Origin: an uncultured Saprospiraceae bacterium | GTDB lineage: Bacteria > Bacteroidota > Bacteroidia > Chitinophagales > Saprospiraceae | Length of the DNA: 64,000 nucleotides | Assembly: GCA_937872385.1 (NCBI GenBank) | Contig: CALMSO010000047.1 | Coordinates: 78,660-142,659 of the forward strand | Direction: 5' to 3' | Shown: positions 36,741 to 45,020 of the stretch, piece by piece | How the letters are laid out: each line of letters opens with the position of its first letter | Numbering within the stretch: the stretch's first letter is position 1 | Made by a program: the position numbers and the translations under genes | Notes under the pieces: model-generated | Database searches by the model: none | Seen by the model: only the letters and a program-made list of their open reading frames with translations | Told to the model about the DNA's origin: nothing

Positions 36741-38810
36741 ATGTTTTCCTACGAATATTTCTCCCGGGATGTCAGTTGGCTTATGTTCAACCACCGCGTG
36801 CTGCAAGAAGCCAAAGACCCCACTGTGCCGCTGTACGAGCGAATCAAGTTTCTGGCGATTTACAGCTCTAATCTCGACGAATTTTACCGGGTTCGGGTCG
36901 CTTCGTTGCGCAGTTTCAAGGAATTAAAAAAGAAAACCCGCCGGGAATTGCTCGACCTAAGGCCCAAAAAAGAGCTGAAGCAAATCCGACGAATCGTACA
37001 ACAGCAGCAGCAGGAATTTGGTGCCATTTTCCGGGCAGAAATTTTACCCGCGCTGGAGGCGCAAGGTATTTTCATCGTTCGGCAAGAGGCTTACAGCAGC
37101 GACCAGCAGCGGTTTGCCCGTCAGTATTTTTTTGAAAAAATCTACCCGCATTTGCACCCCATTATTGTGAACGAAACCGGCGAACTGCCTTTTTTAGAAA
37201 ATGCAGCGCTTTATTTTGTAGTAGAATTGGTCGAAGAACGAGCTATCCGCGCCATTGTCAATATCCCATCTGATAAGTTGCCTCGTTTCGTGGTGCTGCC
37301 GAGCGAGGCCGGACAGTATGCGGTTACTTTTCTCGACGACTTGCTGCGCGCCGGGCTCCCGGAAATATTTCAGCAACCCGTGGCCGGTGCCTACGCCATT
37401 AAGCTCTCCCGCGATGCCGAACTGTATATCGAAGATGAATATGCTGGAGATTTATTAGAAAAAATCAAAAAAAGCCTTACCAAACGCGACATCGGGCTGC
37501 CTACCCGCCTGCTCTTCGATCAGGAAATGCCCCTGCCGCTGCTCGAATGGCTCACCACCCGGCTCGACCTGAATAAAGACGACCTGATACCCGGTGCCCG
37601 TTATCACAATTTTAATGATTTTTTCCGGTTTCCGAACCCGACTGGCAATGCACAATTGCACGACACTCCCCTGCCGCCGCTCCCCCACCCCGTGTTGGAG
37701 GGGGCGCCTTCACTGCTCGAAGTTTTGCAAAAGCAAGACGTGCTGCTCCATTTTCCGTATCAACGGTTTGAGTATGTTCCGCAATTGATTCGGGAAGCCG
37801 CCAATGACCCGCTCGTGACCACCATCAAAATCACCTTGTACCGCGTGGCCGCTAAATCATCGGTGATTGAAGCATTGCTACAAGCCTGCCAACAACAAAA
37901 ACAGGTTGTCGTTTTTATTGAAGCGAAAGCCCGTTTTGACGAAGCCGCCAATCTGCACTGGGGCGATGCGCTGAGCGCGGCCGGAGCGCAGGTTTTTTAC
38001 AGCTATCCGGGCATCAAGGTGCACGCCAAGCTGCTGCTCGTGAGCCGGCAAGAAGCAGTATTGCAACACTACGCTTACATTGGCACTGGCAATTTCAATG
38101 AAAAAAACGCCGAACTTTATACCGACCATGCCTTACTGACCGCCGCACCGTACCTCGCCAATGAAGTAGCGCAGGTTTTTGCACTTTTAGAGCGCAAAAT
38201 TATTGTGCCGACCTGCAAACAACTACTCGTAGCCCCCTTCACGCTGCGGCAGCGTTTTGTAGAAATGATAGATCGGGAAATTGCTCATGCCCATGCAGGC
38301 AAACCTGCCCGGATACTCCTGAAAATGAACAGCCTCGAAGATCACGGCATGATAGACAAACTCTATCGGGCCAGCCAAGCGGGCGTACAAATCCGGATCA
38401 TAGTGCGCGGCATCTGCTGCTTGATACCAGGCGTAGCGGGTATGAGCGAACACATCGAGGTGATTAGCATCATTGATCGCTTTTTGGAGCACGCGCGCGT
38501 GTATGTGTTTGCCAACGATGGGCAAGAAGCAGTCTATCTCGCTTCCGCTGATTGGATGACCCGCAACCTCGACCGGCGCGTGGAAGTGGCTGTACCGGTG
38601 CTTGACCCAGCATTGGCCGCCGAGCTACGTAGCCTCCTTGAGCTACAATGGCACGACAATACCAAAGCTAGGCGAATAGATGCTTCGCAAGATAATAACT
38701 ACCGATTGGCACTACCCCTGACCCCCGCCCAGCGCGCCCAAACGGATATTTATCGCTATTTAAAACAAAGCTCGGCCGCAGCTGTGCCGCTCAATGCACA
38801 GCAGAAATAG
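36741..38810 (+). CDS. ppk1: polyphosphate kinase 1
   Basis: SWLMFNHRVLQEAKDPTVPLYERIKFLAIYSSNLDEFYRVRV, two PLD-like HxK regions (GIKVHAKLLLV, FLEHARVYVF). Start at the ATG at 36741. Confidence 0.9.
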   Translation: MFSYEYFSRDVSWLMFNHRVLQEAKDPTVPLYERIKFLAIYSSNLDEFYRVRVASLRSFKELKKKTRRELLDLRPKKELKQIRRIVQQQQQEFGAIFRAEILPALEAQGIFIVRQEAYSSDQQRFARQYFFEKIYPHLHPIIVNETGELPFLENAALYFVVELVEERAIRAIVNIPSDKLPRFVVLPSEAGQYAVTFLDDLLRAGLPEIFQQPVAGAYAIKLSRDAELYIEDEYAGDLLEKIKKSLTKRDIGLPTRLLFDQEMPLPLLEWLTTRLDLNKDDLIPGARYHNFNDFFRFPNPTGNAQLHDTPLPPLPHPVLEGAPSLLEVLQKQDVLLHFPYQRFEYVPQLIREAANDPLVTTIKITLYRVAAKSSVIEALLQACQQQKQVVVFIEAKARFDEAANLHWGDALSAAGAQVFYSYPGIKVHAKLLLVSRQEAVLQHYAYIGTGNFNEKNAELYTDHALLTAAPYLANEVAQVFALLERKIIVPTCKQLLVAPFTLRQRFVEMIDREIAHAHAGKPARILLKMNSLEDHGMIDKLYRASQAGVQIRIIVRGICCLIPGVAGMSEHIEVISIIDRFLEHARVYVFANDGQEAVYLASADWMTRNLDRRVEVAVPVLDPALAAELRSLLELQWHDNTKARRIDASQDNNYRLALPLTPAQRAQTDIYRYLKQSSAAAVPLNAQQK

Positions 38811-38850
38811 TCCGTACACACTTTTTATGTATAAAAAATGGTCGTTTTAT

Positions 38851-38858
38851 TAACTTTG
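38851..38858 (+). promoter_or_regulatory. candidate -7 promoter box (TAnnTTTG) upstream of the btaA-like gene
   Basis: TAACTTTG lies 32 nt upstream of the ATG at 38891. Confidence 0.3.
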
Positions 38859-38890
38859 CGCTGTATTCATTCCCAAACAAAGTATTATCC

Positions 38891-40078
38891 ATGTTGCTAA
38901 AAGCTATAAATCCAGGTAAAGTGGACAAACTAAACGAACTGAGAGACTGGGTTTTCAGACAGGTACACACTAAAAACCTTGTTTATAATACCTGCTGGGA
39001 AGACCCCCGGTGCGACCGAGAGCTGCTCGAATTTGACGCCGACAGCGAAATCGTAATGATCACTAGTGCGGGCTGCAATGCGCTGGATTATCTGCTCGAC
39101 GACCCACGCCAGATCAACTGCGTGGATGTGAACCCGCGTCAGAATGCGCTGTTGCAACTCAAGCTGGCTACTTTCAAAACCGGTGATTTTGCAGACCTCT
39201 TCGCACTTTTTGGCAAAGGCGCTCACCGCGACGTGAAAGCCTTGTATCAAGAAAAAATTCGTCCGGAACTACCCGAATTCGCGCAGCGTTATTGGGACAA
39301 AAACCTGAATTTTTTTAATGGCAAGGGCATTCGCAAAAGCTTTTACCACTACGGCACTTCGGGCACGTTCGCCTGGCTGACGCACCAATATCTGAAAGCC
39401 CAACGCAACCTGTACGATAAGGTGCAGCAAATGTTTGAAGCAGAAAACATTGAACGCCAGTCGGCTATATATTACGAAATAGAGCGCAAGCTACTCAACA
39501 AGCTGATAGAATGGGTGATCAATCGGCACGTCACCATGAGCTTGGTGGGGGTGCCCCGCAGCCAGCAGGAGCTGTTCATTGACAAGTACGAGCGCGGCGC
39601 CTTGGGCTATGTGCAGGAGAGCTTGCGCAAGGTATTTACCAAAATGGACTTGCACGACAATTATTTCTGGCGTTTGTATCTGAATGGCTCCTACACCGAA
39701 GCGTGCAGCCCGTCTTATTTGAAGCGCGAAAATTTCGATACCCTTCGCAACCGGGCAAGCAAAATCAATACGAATACCTGCACCATCAGCCAGTTTTTGC
39801 GCGAAAACCCGAAAGCGTACTCGCATTATATCCTGCTTGACCACCAAGACTGGCTGGCGGCCAATAACCGCCCGGCTTTGGAAGAGGAGTGGCTGCTTAT
39901 TTTGCAAAATAGCCGCCCCGGTACGCGCATCCTGCTGCGCTCCGCCGCCGAGCAAATTGACTTTTTCCCGGATTTTGTGCTCGACGCCGTCGAATTTGAA
40001 CGCGAAAAAACCCTTGAAATGCACGAACAAGACCGAGTGGGCACCTACGCCAGTGTGTATATGGGCATTGTAAAATAA
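38891..40078 (+). CDS. btaA: DUF3419/BtaA-like S-adenosylmethionine:diacylglycerol 3-amino-3-carboxypropyl transferase
   Basis: NLVYNTCWEDPRCDRELL, MITSAGCNALDYLL and VDVNPRQNALLQLK match my memory of the BtaA/DUF3419 signature. A small SAM methyltransferase gene follows. Confidence 0.65.
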   Translation: MLLKAINPGKVDKLNELRDWVFRQVHTKNLVYNTCWEDPRCDRELLEFDADSEIVMITSAGCNALDYLLDDPRQINCVDVNPRQNALLQLKLATFKTGDFADLFALFGKGAHRDVKALYQEKIRPELPEFAQRYWDKNLNFFNGKGIRKSFYHYGTSGTFAWLTHQYLKAQRNLYDKVQQMFEAENIERQSAIYYEIERKLLNKLIEWVINRHVTMSLVGVPRSQQELFIDKYERGALGYVQESLRKVFTKMDLHDNYFWRLYLNGSYTEACSPSYLKRENFDTLRNRASKINTNTCTISQFLRENPKAYSHYILLDHQDWLAANNRPALEEEWLLILQNSRPGTRILLRSAAEQIDFFPDFVLDAVEFEREKTLEMHEQDRVGTYASVYMGIVK

Positions 40079-40130
40079 GTGCAATTGGCAAAAGCAATTT
40101 TATGATACTATAAGTAAAATTTGTAAACAT

Positions 40131-40778
40131 TTGAAAAACACCAACTTTACCGAAGATATAGCTGCGCAAAATCAAACAATGCGGCGCTACTATCGCCTAC
40201 AATCCAAAATTTATGACGCCACGCGTTGGACTTTTTTGTTTGGCCGCCGGCGCATCCTAAAACTATTGCCTTTCCCGGACAAAGCGGCCATTCATATTTT
40301 GGAAATTGGCTGTGGCACAGGGTACAATTTGTCGCGGCTGGCGCGCATTTTTCCGAATGCCCGGCTGACCGGCCTGGACGTCTCGGGTGATATGATTGCA
40401 CAATCCAAAAAGAACACCAAATCTTTTGGCGAGCGCATTGCCCTCGTAGAAAAGCCCTACACCCCAGAAGAAACGGCATTTGCCAATCAAGTAGATGCGA
40501 TACTGTTTTCCTATTCTCTGACGATGATCAACCCACAGTGGCGCGACCTGATACTCAAGGCCAAAGCTGACCTCAAGCCCGGTGGTGCTATCGCCGTGGT
40601 GGACTTTCATAATTCGCGTTTCGGCTGGTTCAAACGACACATGGGCAACAATCACGTGCGCATGGACAGCCACCTGTTGCCATTGCTACAAAGCGAATTC
40701 ACCCCCTTAGTGGAAGAGGTAAAGCCAGCCTACGGCGGCGTGTGGGAATATGTGCTTTTTGTAGGTAAAAAAATGTAA
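40131..40778 (+). CDS. btaB: class I SAM-dependent methyltransferase, BtaB-like
   Basis: SAM motif I ILEIGCGTGYNL and an N-terminal YRLQSKIYDATRWTFLFGRRR resembling BtaB. The alternative ATG at 40179 may be the true start. Confidence 0.6.
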   Translation: MKNTNFTEDIAAQNQTMRRYYRLQSKIYDATRWTFLFGRRRILKLLPFPDKAAIHILEIGCGTGYNLSRLARIFPNARLTGLDVSGDMIAQSKKNTKSFGERIALVEKPYTPEETAFANQVDAILFSYSLTMINPQWRDLILKAKADLKPGGAIAVVDFHNSRFGWFKRHMGNNHVRMDSHLLPLLQSEFTPLVEEVKPAYGGVWEYVLFVGKKM

Positions 40779-40904
40779 GCAATCAGTGCCCGTTTGGTAA
40801 AATTGATATCTTGGCTTAGCACAATTGCCCGGTATCCTCCAAATGCTCGGACGTAATTGTTTTTTTAGTAAAAAAACACAAATCACTGATTATCAACAGA
40901 TAAA

Positions 40905-40963
40905 TTTTAGATAATAGCCGATAGAAGTTAGATGCGGTCATCCCTCTAAACCCTCTAAACCCT
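40905..40963 (-). repeat. composite array: family B (GGGTTTAGAG x2 on the minus strand, 40942-40963) then family D heptamers (40905-40932)
   Basis: The plus strand reads TTTTAGA TAATAGC CGATAGA AGTTAGA ... CCCTCTAAA CCCTCTAAA CCCT. Confidence 0.8.
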
Positions 40964-41028
40964 GTTCCAAATAACCAATAACAATATCCCATTATTTATC
41001 TCGAAATCCGATACTCAAAAATAAAATT

Positions 41029-41931
41029 ATGGTTAGTCGCATCCATCGAATAATGCTGTTTTTCGTGCCACTGTTGTTGATTTCCCTAACCGCCTGCCAA
41101 AACGAGCAAAAACAGCAACAGCAAGCCATTGGGCGGCTGGCTCAAGCCTTAGACAAACAATTTGAGGTCGGGCAGGCCGAAGCATTGCTTACGCTTTACG
41201 AGGTTTATTTACAAAAATATGGTGCGGATGAAGCGTACCAATACGATAAAGCCAGATTAATGAGCAGACTTGGGCAGCACGAACCCGCCACGCGCCTGCT
41301 GTTGGAATGGTTGCAAACCTACCCTACGAGTGCGCGCGCGCCCGAAGCAGCGCTGCTGCTGGCCGCTGTCTATGAAGAAAAATTGCAGGCGTATGAGGCA
41401 GCTCGCAGTGTTTACCAAATGGCGCAACAAGTTTATTCAGCAGATGAGACGCTCCAAGCGCGTACGAAAACCGAGTGGGGCACCTTCGACGAGCGCATGC
41501 AACAACTGCGTGCGCAGGTATTCAATGAGAGGACGGGGCGCGTGAATGCTCAGGCGGCACAGGAATTCATCTGGTCAGCGGAAGTGCTGGCGACTTTCTT
41601 ACCAAAGGATACACGGGCACCGGAGTTGCTTTTTCAGGCAGGCGATGTGGCAGGCGCTATGGGCGATTATGCCCAATGCCTCCAGCTTTTTGAGCGGATT
41701 AATGAGCAATACCCCGCTTATGAAAAGTCGGCGCAGGTGCTGTTTATGCGGGCTTTTACGCTCGACGACCGGCTGGGGCAGTTGGAGGCAGCCAAAGAAT
41801 TGTACGAAGCTTTTTTAGAAAAATACCCGGACGACGAATTAGCCGCCAGCGCCCGTTTTTCCTTAGAAAACCTTGGCAAAAGCGAGGAAGAAATTATCCA
41901 GGAATTTTTGCGCAAGCAATCGGAGCAATAA
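41029..41931 (+). CDS. tetratricopeptide-repeat lipoprotein
   Basis: Lipobox LISLTAC. Helical repeats rich in A/L/Y/Q look TPR-like (YEAARSVYQMAQQVY, AAKELYEAFLEKYPDDE). Confidence 0.55.
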   Translation: MVSRIHRIMLFFVPLLLISLTACQNEQKQQQQAIGRLAQALDKQFEVGQAEALLTLYEVYLQKYGADEAYQYDKARLMSRLGQHEPATRLLLEWLQTYPTSARAPEAALLLAAVYEEKLQAYEAARSVYQMAQQVYSADETLQARTKTEWGTFDERMQQLRAQVFNERTGRVNAQAAQEFIWSAEVLATFLPKDTRAPELLFQAGDVAGAMGDYAQCLQLFERINEQYPAYEKSAQVLFMRAFTLDDRLGQLEAAKELYEAFLEKYPDDELAASARFSLENLGKSEEEIIQEFLRKQSEQ

Positions 41932-41970
41932 GCAAACACCGCCGTTTGGAATGTTTTTTTACAGCCAAAA

Positions 41971-43188
41971 TCAACTGCGCATGGCTTCTACTGGTTGTAA
42001 TCGTCTGATTTTCAATATTGGATACATTGCCAATAAGGCAGTCAATATTAATACGATGATAGCTTGCAGTACAAAAATATGCAAGTTAAATTCTGCTGGA
42101 AAAATGGGTTCAAAACCGTATTTTTCCATAGCGACTGCATAATCGCCGGAAAAGCGCAACGGATTTTTATGAAAATAAGCGACCACCGGAATGCTTGCCA
42201 AAATGCCCAGCAGCGCCCCCAGCAAGCCCAGCATAATTACCTCTATCCACACCGTAGCTGCCAGCCGCAGCCGTTTCATACCAATGGCTACCAGCACGCC
42301 AAATTCGTAAGCGCGCTCTTTGGTCATCATCAGAATGGTGCCAAAAATACCAAAGGCAATGATGAGATAAAGGATAAAATAGACGATGTAATTGCCCGCC
42401 GAATCGAGGGCTTTGGCCTGCACAAGGTCGGGTAGCATCTCCTCCCAATCGAGCACTTCGTATTGCTCTAAGTCCAGTTGTGATTTCAGCGCTTGCACCG
42501 CTGGGCGGATGTCGCGCGGATGCTCAATGTGCAAGGCCAGTGAAGTAAGCAGCCCTTCTGCGCCATAAAACCACTGCGCCGCTGCGAGCGGTAGATAGAC
42601 CATTTGCTTGTTCAGCTCCGGTGAGCCAAAATGTACGATGCCTTTCACCGGGTACTTGCCGGCAGCATTCACGCCGCGATAGCCCTGGCTTACGAGTACT
42701 AAGGTGTCGCCGAGGCGGAGTTTGAGGTTTTCGGCGAGGCCAGCAGCCACCAGCACCGCTTCGTCTGTATCGGTAAGGTAAGCACCCTCCGTGAGGCGAC
42801 TGCGCAGTTGGGTCATCCCGTTTTCTACCTTTGGTGCAATGCCAACGACTAATGCGCCGGTGGTGGTATTGCCCGTAGAAGCCAATGCAAACGACTCGAT
42901 GCGCGGTAGTACCGCTTTCACCTGTGGGATACCCGCGAGCGTGCGCTGCAAATCGTCGGTGTAGGCAAAAGCTTCGTCAATGGATTGCTCTTCCCAGTAG
43001 CCTTTGGTATGAATTTGCGCGTAGCCAAAGTAAAAATTGACCACATTGCTGATCATATTGTTCCAAGCACCTTTTTGCAATGACTCCATGAACGAAGCCA
43101 GCAGCACCGCAAACAGAATGGATGCCACCGTGATGTACGTGCGGCGCTTGTTGCGCCAGATATTCCGCCAAGCCAATTTGATGATCAT
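41971..43188 (-). CDS. FtsX/MacB-type ABC transporter permease
   Basis: N-terminal LAWRNIWRNKRRTYITVASI, a large periplasmic domain and a C-terminal FtsX 3-TM bundle. The protein is 405 aa. Confidence 0.8.
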   Translation of the reverse strand: MIIKLAWRNIWRNKRRTYITVASILFAVLLASFMESLQKGAWNNMISNVVNFYFGYAQIHTKGYWEEQSIDEAFAYTDDLQRTLAGIPQVKAVLPRIESFALASTGNTTTGALVVGIAPKVENGMTQLRSRLTEGAYLTDTDEAVLVAAGLAENLKLRLGDTLVLVSQGYRGVNAAGKYPVKGIVHFGSPELNKQMVYLPLAAAQWFYGAEGLLTSLALHIEHPRDIRPAVQALKSQLDLEQYEVLDWEEMLPDLVQAKALDSAGNYIVYFILYLIIAFGIFGTILMMTKERAYEFGVLVAIGMKRLRLAATVWIEVIMLGLLGALLGILASIPVVAYFHKNPLRFSGDYAVAMEKYGFEPIFPAEFNLHIFVLQAIIVLILTALLAMYPILKIRRLQPVEAMRS

Positions 43189-43238
43189 CGTTGTTGTTTT
43201 ATGGTTTCAAAGTTTCACTGTTGTATGGCTATATGTTT

Positions 43239-43294
43239 CCCCCTATTCCCCCTATTCCCCCTATTCCCCCTATTCCCCCCATTCAACCCATCCC
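43239..43294 (-). repeat. family A array: four perfect GGGGGAATA units on the minus strand plus a GGGATGGGTTGAATGG core
   Basis: The plus strand has CCCCCTATT x4 (43239-43274), then CCCCCC ATTCAACCCATCCC. It begins 2 nt downstream of the LolA-like stop and lies 50 nt upstream of the permease ATG. Confidence 0.9.
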
Positions 43295-43296
43295 TA

Positions 43297-44052
43297 CTAC
43301 CTTACCCGCTTCATATTTTGCACCGAAAAAAAATCCGTTTTAATCGGTTTGTCAAATTCGAGCGTACTGTATTCAATAATGGTTTTGTGGTTCGGTTTAT
43401 CAGCCGGGATGACTTCGAGGCGAGCGGGCAGCAGCTTGCCCCCGAGGGTTTTTACATCTTTGCCGAGCATGGTGTTTACTAAATAGCCATCTTCATCATA
43501 AAACTCCGTTTTTAGCTGCATAAAGTCCTGTTTATCAATCCAAAGCAAGACCTTTCCCCAAACTACGGCCGCCTTTTCGGTGGGTACCAATTCGAGGCGA
43601 TAGCAGTCGCGGCCGTCTATTTTTTCTGAGCCAAGCAGTTTGTGAATATAGTCATTCACCGTTGATGACTCGCGCACGAGGTCGTCGTTGGTAAAATCCG
43701 AACCCATCCACGATTGCGACATCATCGAGGGCGGCATTTTAATCGTGCGGTCAATGGTGGGCTGCCAGTTCCAGATTTCCCGGTTGCGCTTGAGGAAAGC
43801 CGTGCCTCGGTCGCGGGCGGGCGCGGTGACGAGTATCAGGCTGTACGCATCGCCGAGCGACCACGACTTTAAGCTCATTTCGCGTTGCCACGAAGGCCGC
43901 ACAATGGTCATTTTGATTTCTGCAATGCTCGATTGACCCCGCAGTTTTTCATCTGCTTTCGCTACAATCTCCTTTGCCGAAAGCCCACTTTGCGCCGTTC
44001 CATTCAGCAAGCCGACGACACAAAGCGCCAGCACCATCAGGTAAGTTCTCAT
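43297..44052 (-). CDS. outer membrane lipoprotein-sorting (LolA-like) protein
   Basis: It has a signal peptide. The SWSLGDAYSLILVTAPARDRGTAFLK region is typical of LolA-like proteins that accompany FtsX permeases. Confidence 0.65.
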   Translation of the reverse strand: MRTYLMVLALCVVGLLNGTAQSGLSAKEIVAKADEKLRGQSSIAEIKMTIVRPSWQREMSLKSWSLGDAYSLILVTAPARDRGTAFLKRNREIWNWQPTIDRTIKMPPSMMSQSWMGSDFTNDDLVRESSTVNDYIHKLLGSEKIDGRDCYRLELVPTEKAAVVWGKVLLWIDKQDFMQLKTEFYDEDGYLVNTMLGKDVKTLGGKLLPARLEVIPADKPNHKTIIEYSTLEFDKPIKTDFFSVQNMKRVR

Positions 44053-44132
44053 TGTTTTTTGTTTGTTTATTGTTATTTGTATTCAATTGATTTTCAAAAA
44101 TTTATGACTGAACGGTTTCGTGGTTGCGTAGT

Positions 44133-44255
44133 TATTCCCCAATTTGTCCTATTTCCCCATTCAACCCATCAATCCATTTCCCCTATACACCCTATTCCCC
44201 CTATACCCCTATTCCCCCATACACCCCATACACCCTATTCCCCCCCTATCCTATA
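44133..44255 (-). repeat. family A array (G-rich on the minus strand), overlapping the last codons of the TetR gene
   Basis: The plus strand has C-rich units TTATTCCCC, CCCTATACA, CCCTATTCC, CCCTATACC, CCTATTCCC, CCATACACC and others. The TetR C-terminus YRIGGE is encoded by repeat units. Confidence 0.85.
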
Positions 44256-44825
44256 TCTTTCCAAAATCAATTCTTTCATTACCGCCAAGGGATAGTCTTC
44301 GCCCAATTGCAAATATTGCAGCATCACGCCGTCGGTCATAGCACTGTAGAGCAGCAGCTCCCCCAGTGGATTCGCTACACCGAGGCGCTCAAACAAAGGC
44401 AGCATTTTAGCAATTGCTGCTTCTTCCTGGACTTTGGTGACGGGGCGCAGCATCTCCTGCACATCGGGCTGAAAGGCCAAAGATGTAAGCAGTCGCCAAT
44501 TGTGCTCGTTGGATTGTACCCAAGCGACCGTGCGGTTGAGTAGGGCTTCCAACTGCTCGAAAGGCACTTCGCTGACCGCCAGCGCGTCGTCCAGCAGCTG
44601 CATACCGGTAGCAATCACCTCGGTCATAATTTCAACCAACAGGGCTTCCTTGCTCTCGAAGTAATTGTACATCAAGCCTTTAGAAACACCCGCCGCTTTC
44701 GCAATGGCACTGATGGAAGTGCTGTGATAACCTTGTCGGCCAAACAACTCCAGCGCCGTTTGCTTGATCGTATCTCGGCTTCGCTGCCGGATGGACTCAA
44801 ATTGTTCTTTTGTTTTGGGCGACAT
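44235..44825 (-). CDS. TetR/AcrR family transcriptional regulator
   Basis: The N-terminal HTH (ALELFGRQGYHSTSISAIAKAAGVSKGLMYNYFESKEAL) is present. Confidence 0.85.
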   Translation of the reverse strand: MSPKTKEQFESIRQRSRDTIKQTALELFGRQGYHSTSISAIAKAAGVSKGLMYNYFESKEALLVEIMTEVIATGMQLLDDALAVSEVPFEQLEALLNRTVAWVQSNEHNWRLLTSLAFQPDVQEMLRPVTKVQEEAAIAKMLPLFERLGVANPLGELLLYSAMTDGVMLQYLQLGEDYPLAVMKELILERYRIGGE

Positions 44826-44837
44826 AATTTTTTGAAT

Positions 44838-44919
44838 GAACGGTTGGTCAAAAATAATTCCATTGCACGGTTATTCTCAATCTTGCTCGACCAACGAACG
44901 CTTTTTTTCGACCAACGGC
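44838..44919. promoter_or_regulatory. candidate TetR operator: three GACCAAC boxes upstream of the tetR operon
   Basis: TCGACCAACG occurs at 44887-44896 and 44908-44917 (21-nt spacing). An inverted copy GAACGGTTGGTC lies at 44838-44849, 13 nt from the start codon. Confidence 0.4.
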
Positions 44920-45020
44920 AAAGATTATTCGCTGAATGTTGCAAATGCAAGATCGGGATGGTGCTCTATTCTAACAATGACGATGGTCACTTTACGACAA
45001 GTCTGATACCATAATTTTGC

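Noticed and set aside
40858-40878. Perfect 9-bp palindrome TGTTTTTTT-AGT-AAAAAAACA downstream of the btaB-like gene as a terminator.
   Set aside because: The stem is almost entirely A-T with a 3-nt loop and no trailing U-run, so it is predicted to be too weak. Noted only.
43037-44543. ORFs 43037-43486, 43201-43482, 44124-44543 and 44144-44341 encode PYSPYSPYSP, FPLFPLFPL and PIPPIP low-complexity peptides.
   Set aside because: They are translations of the C-rich or G-rich tandem arrays and overlap well-supported minus-strand genes. The periodic peptides are a by-product of 9-nt units.
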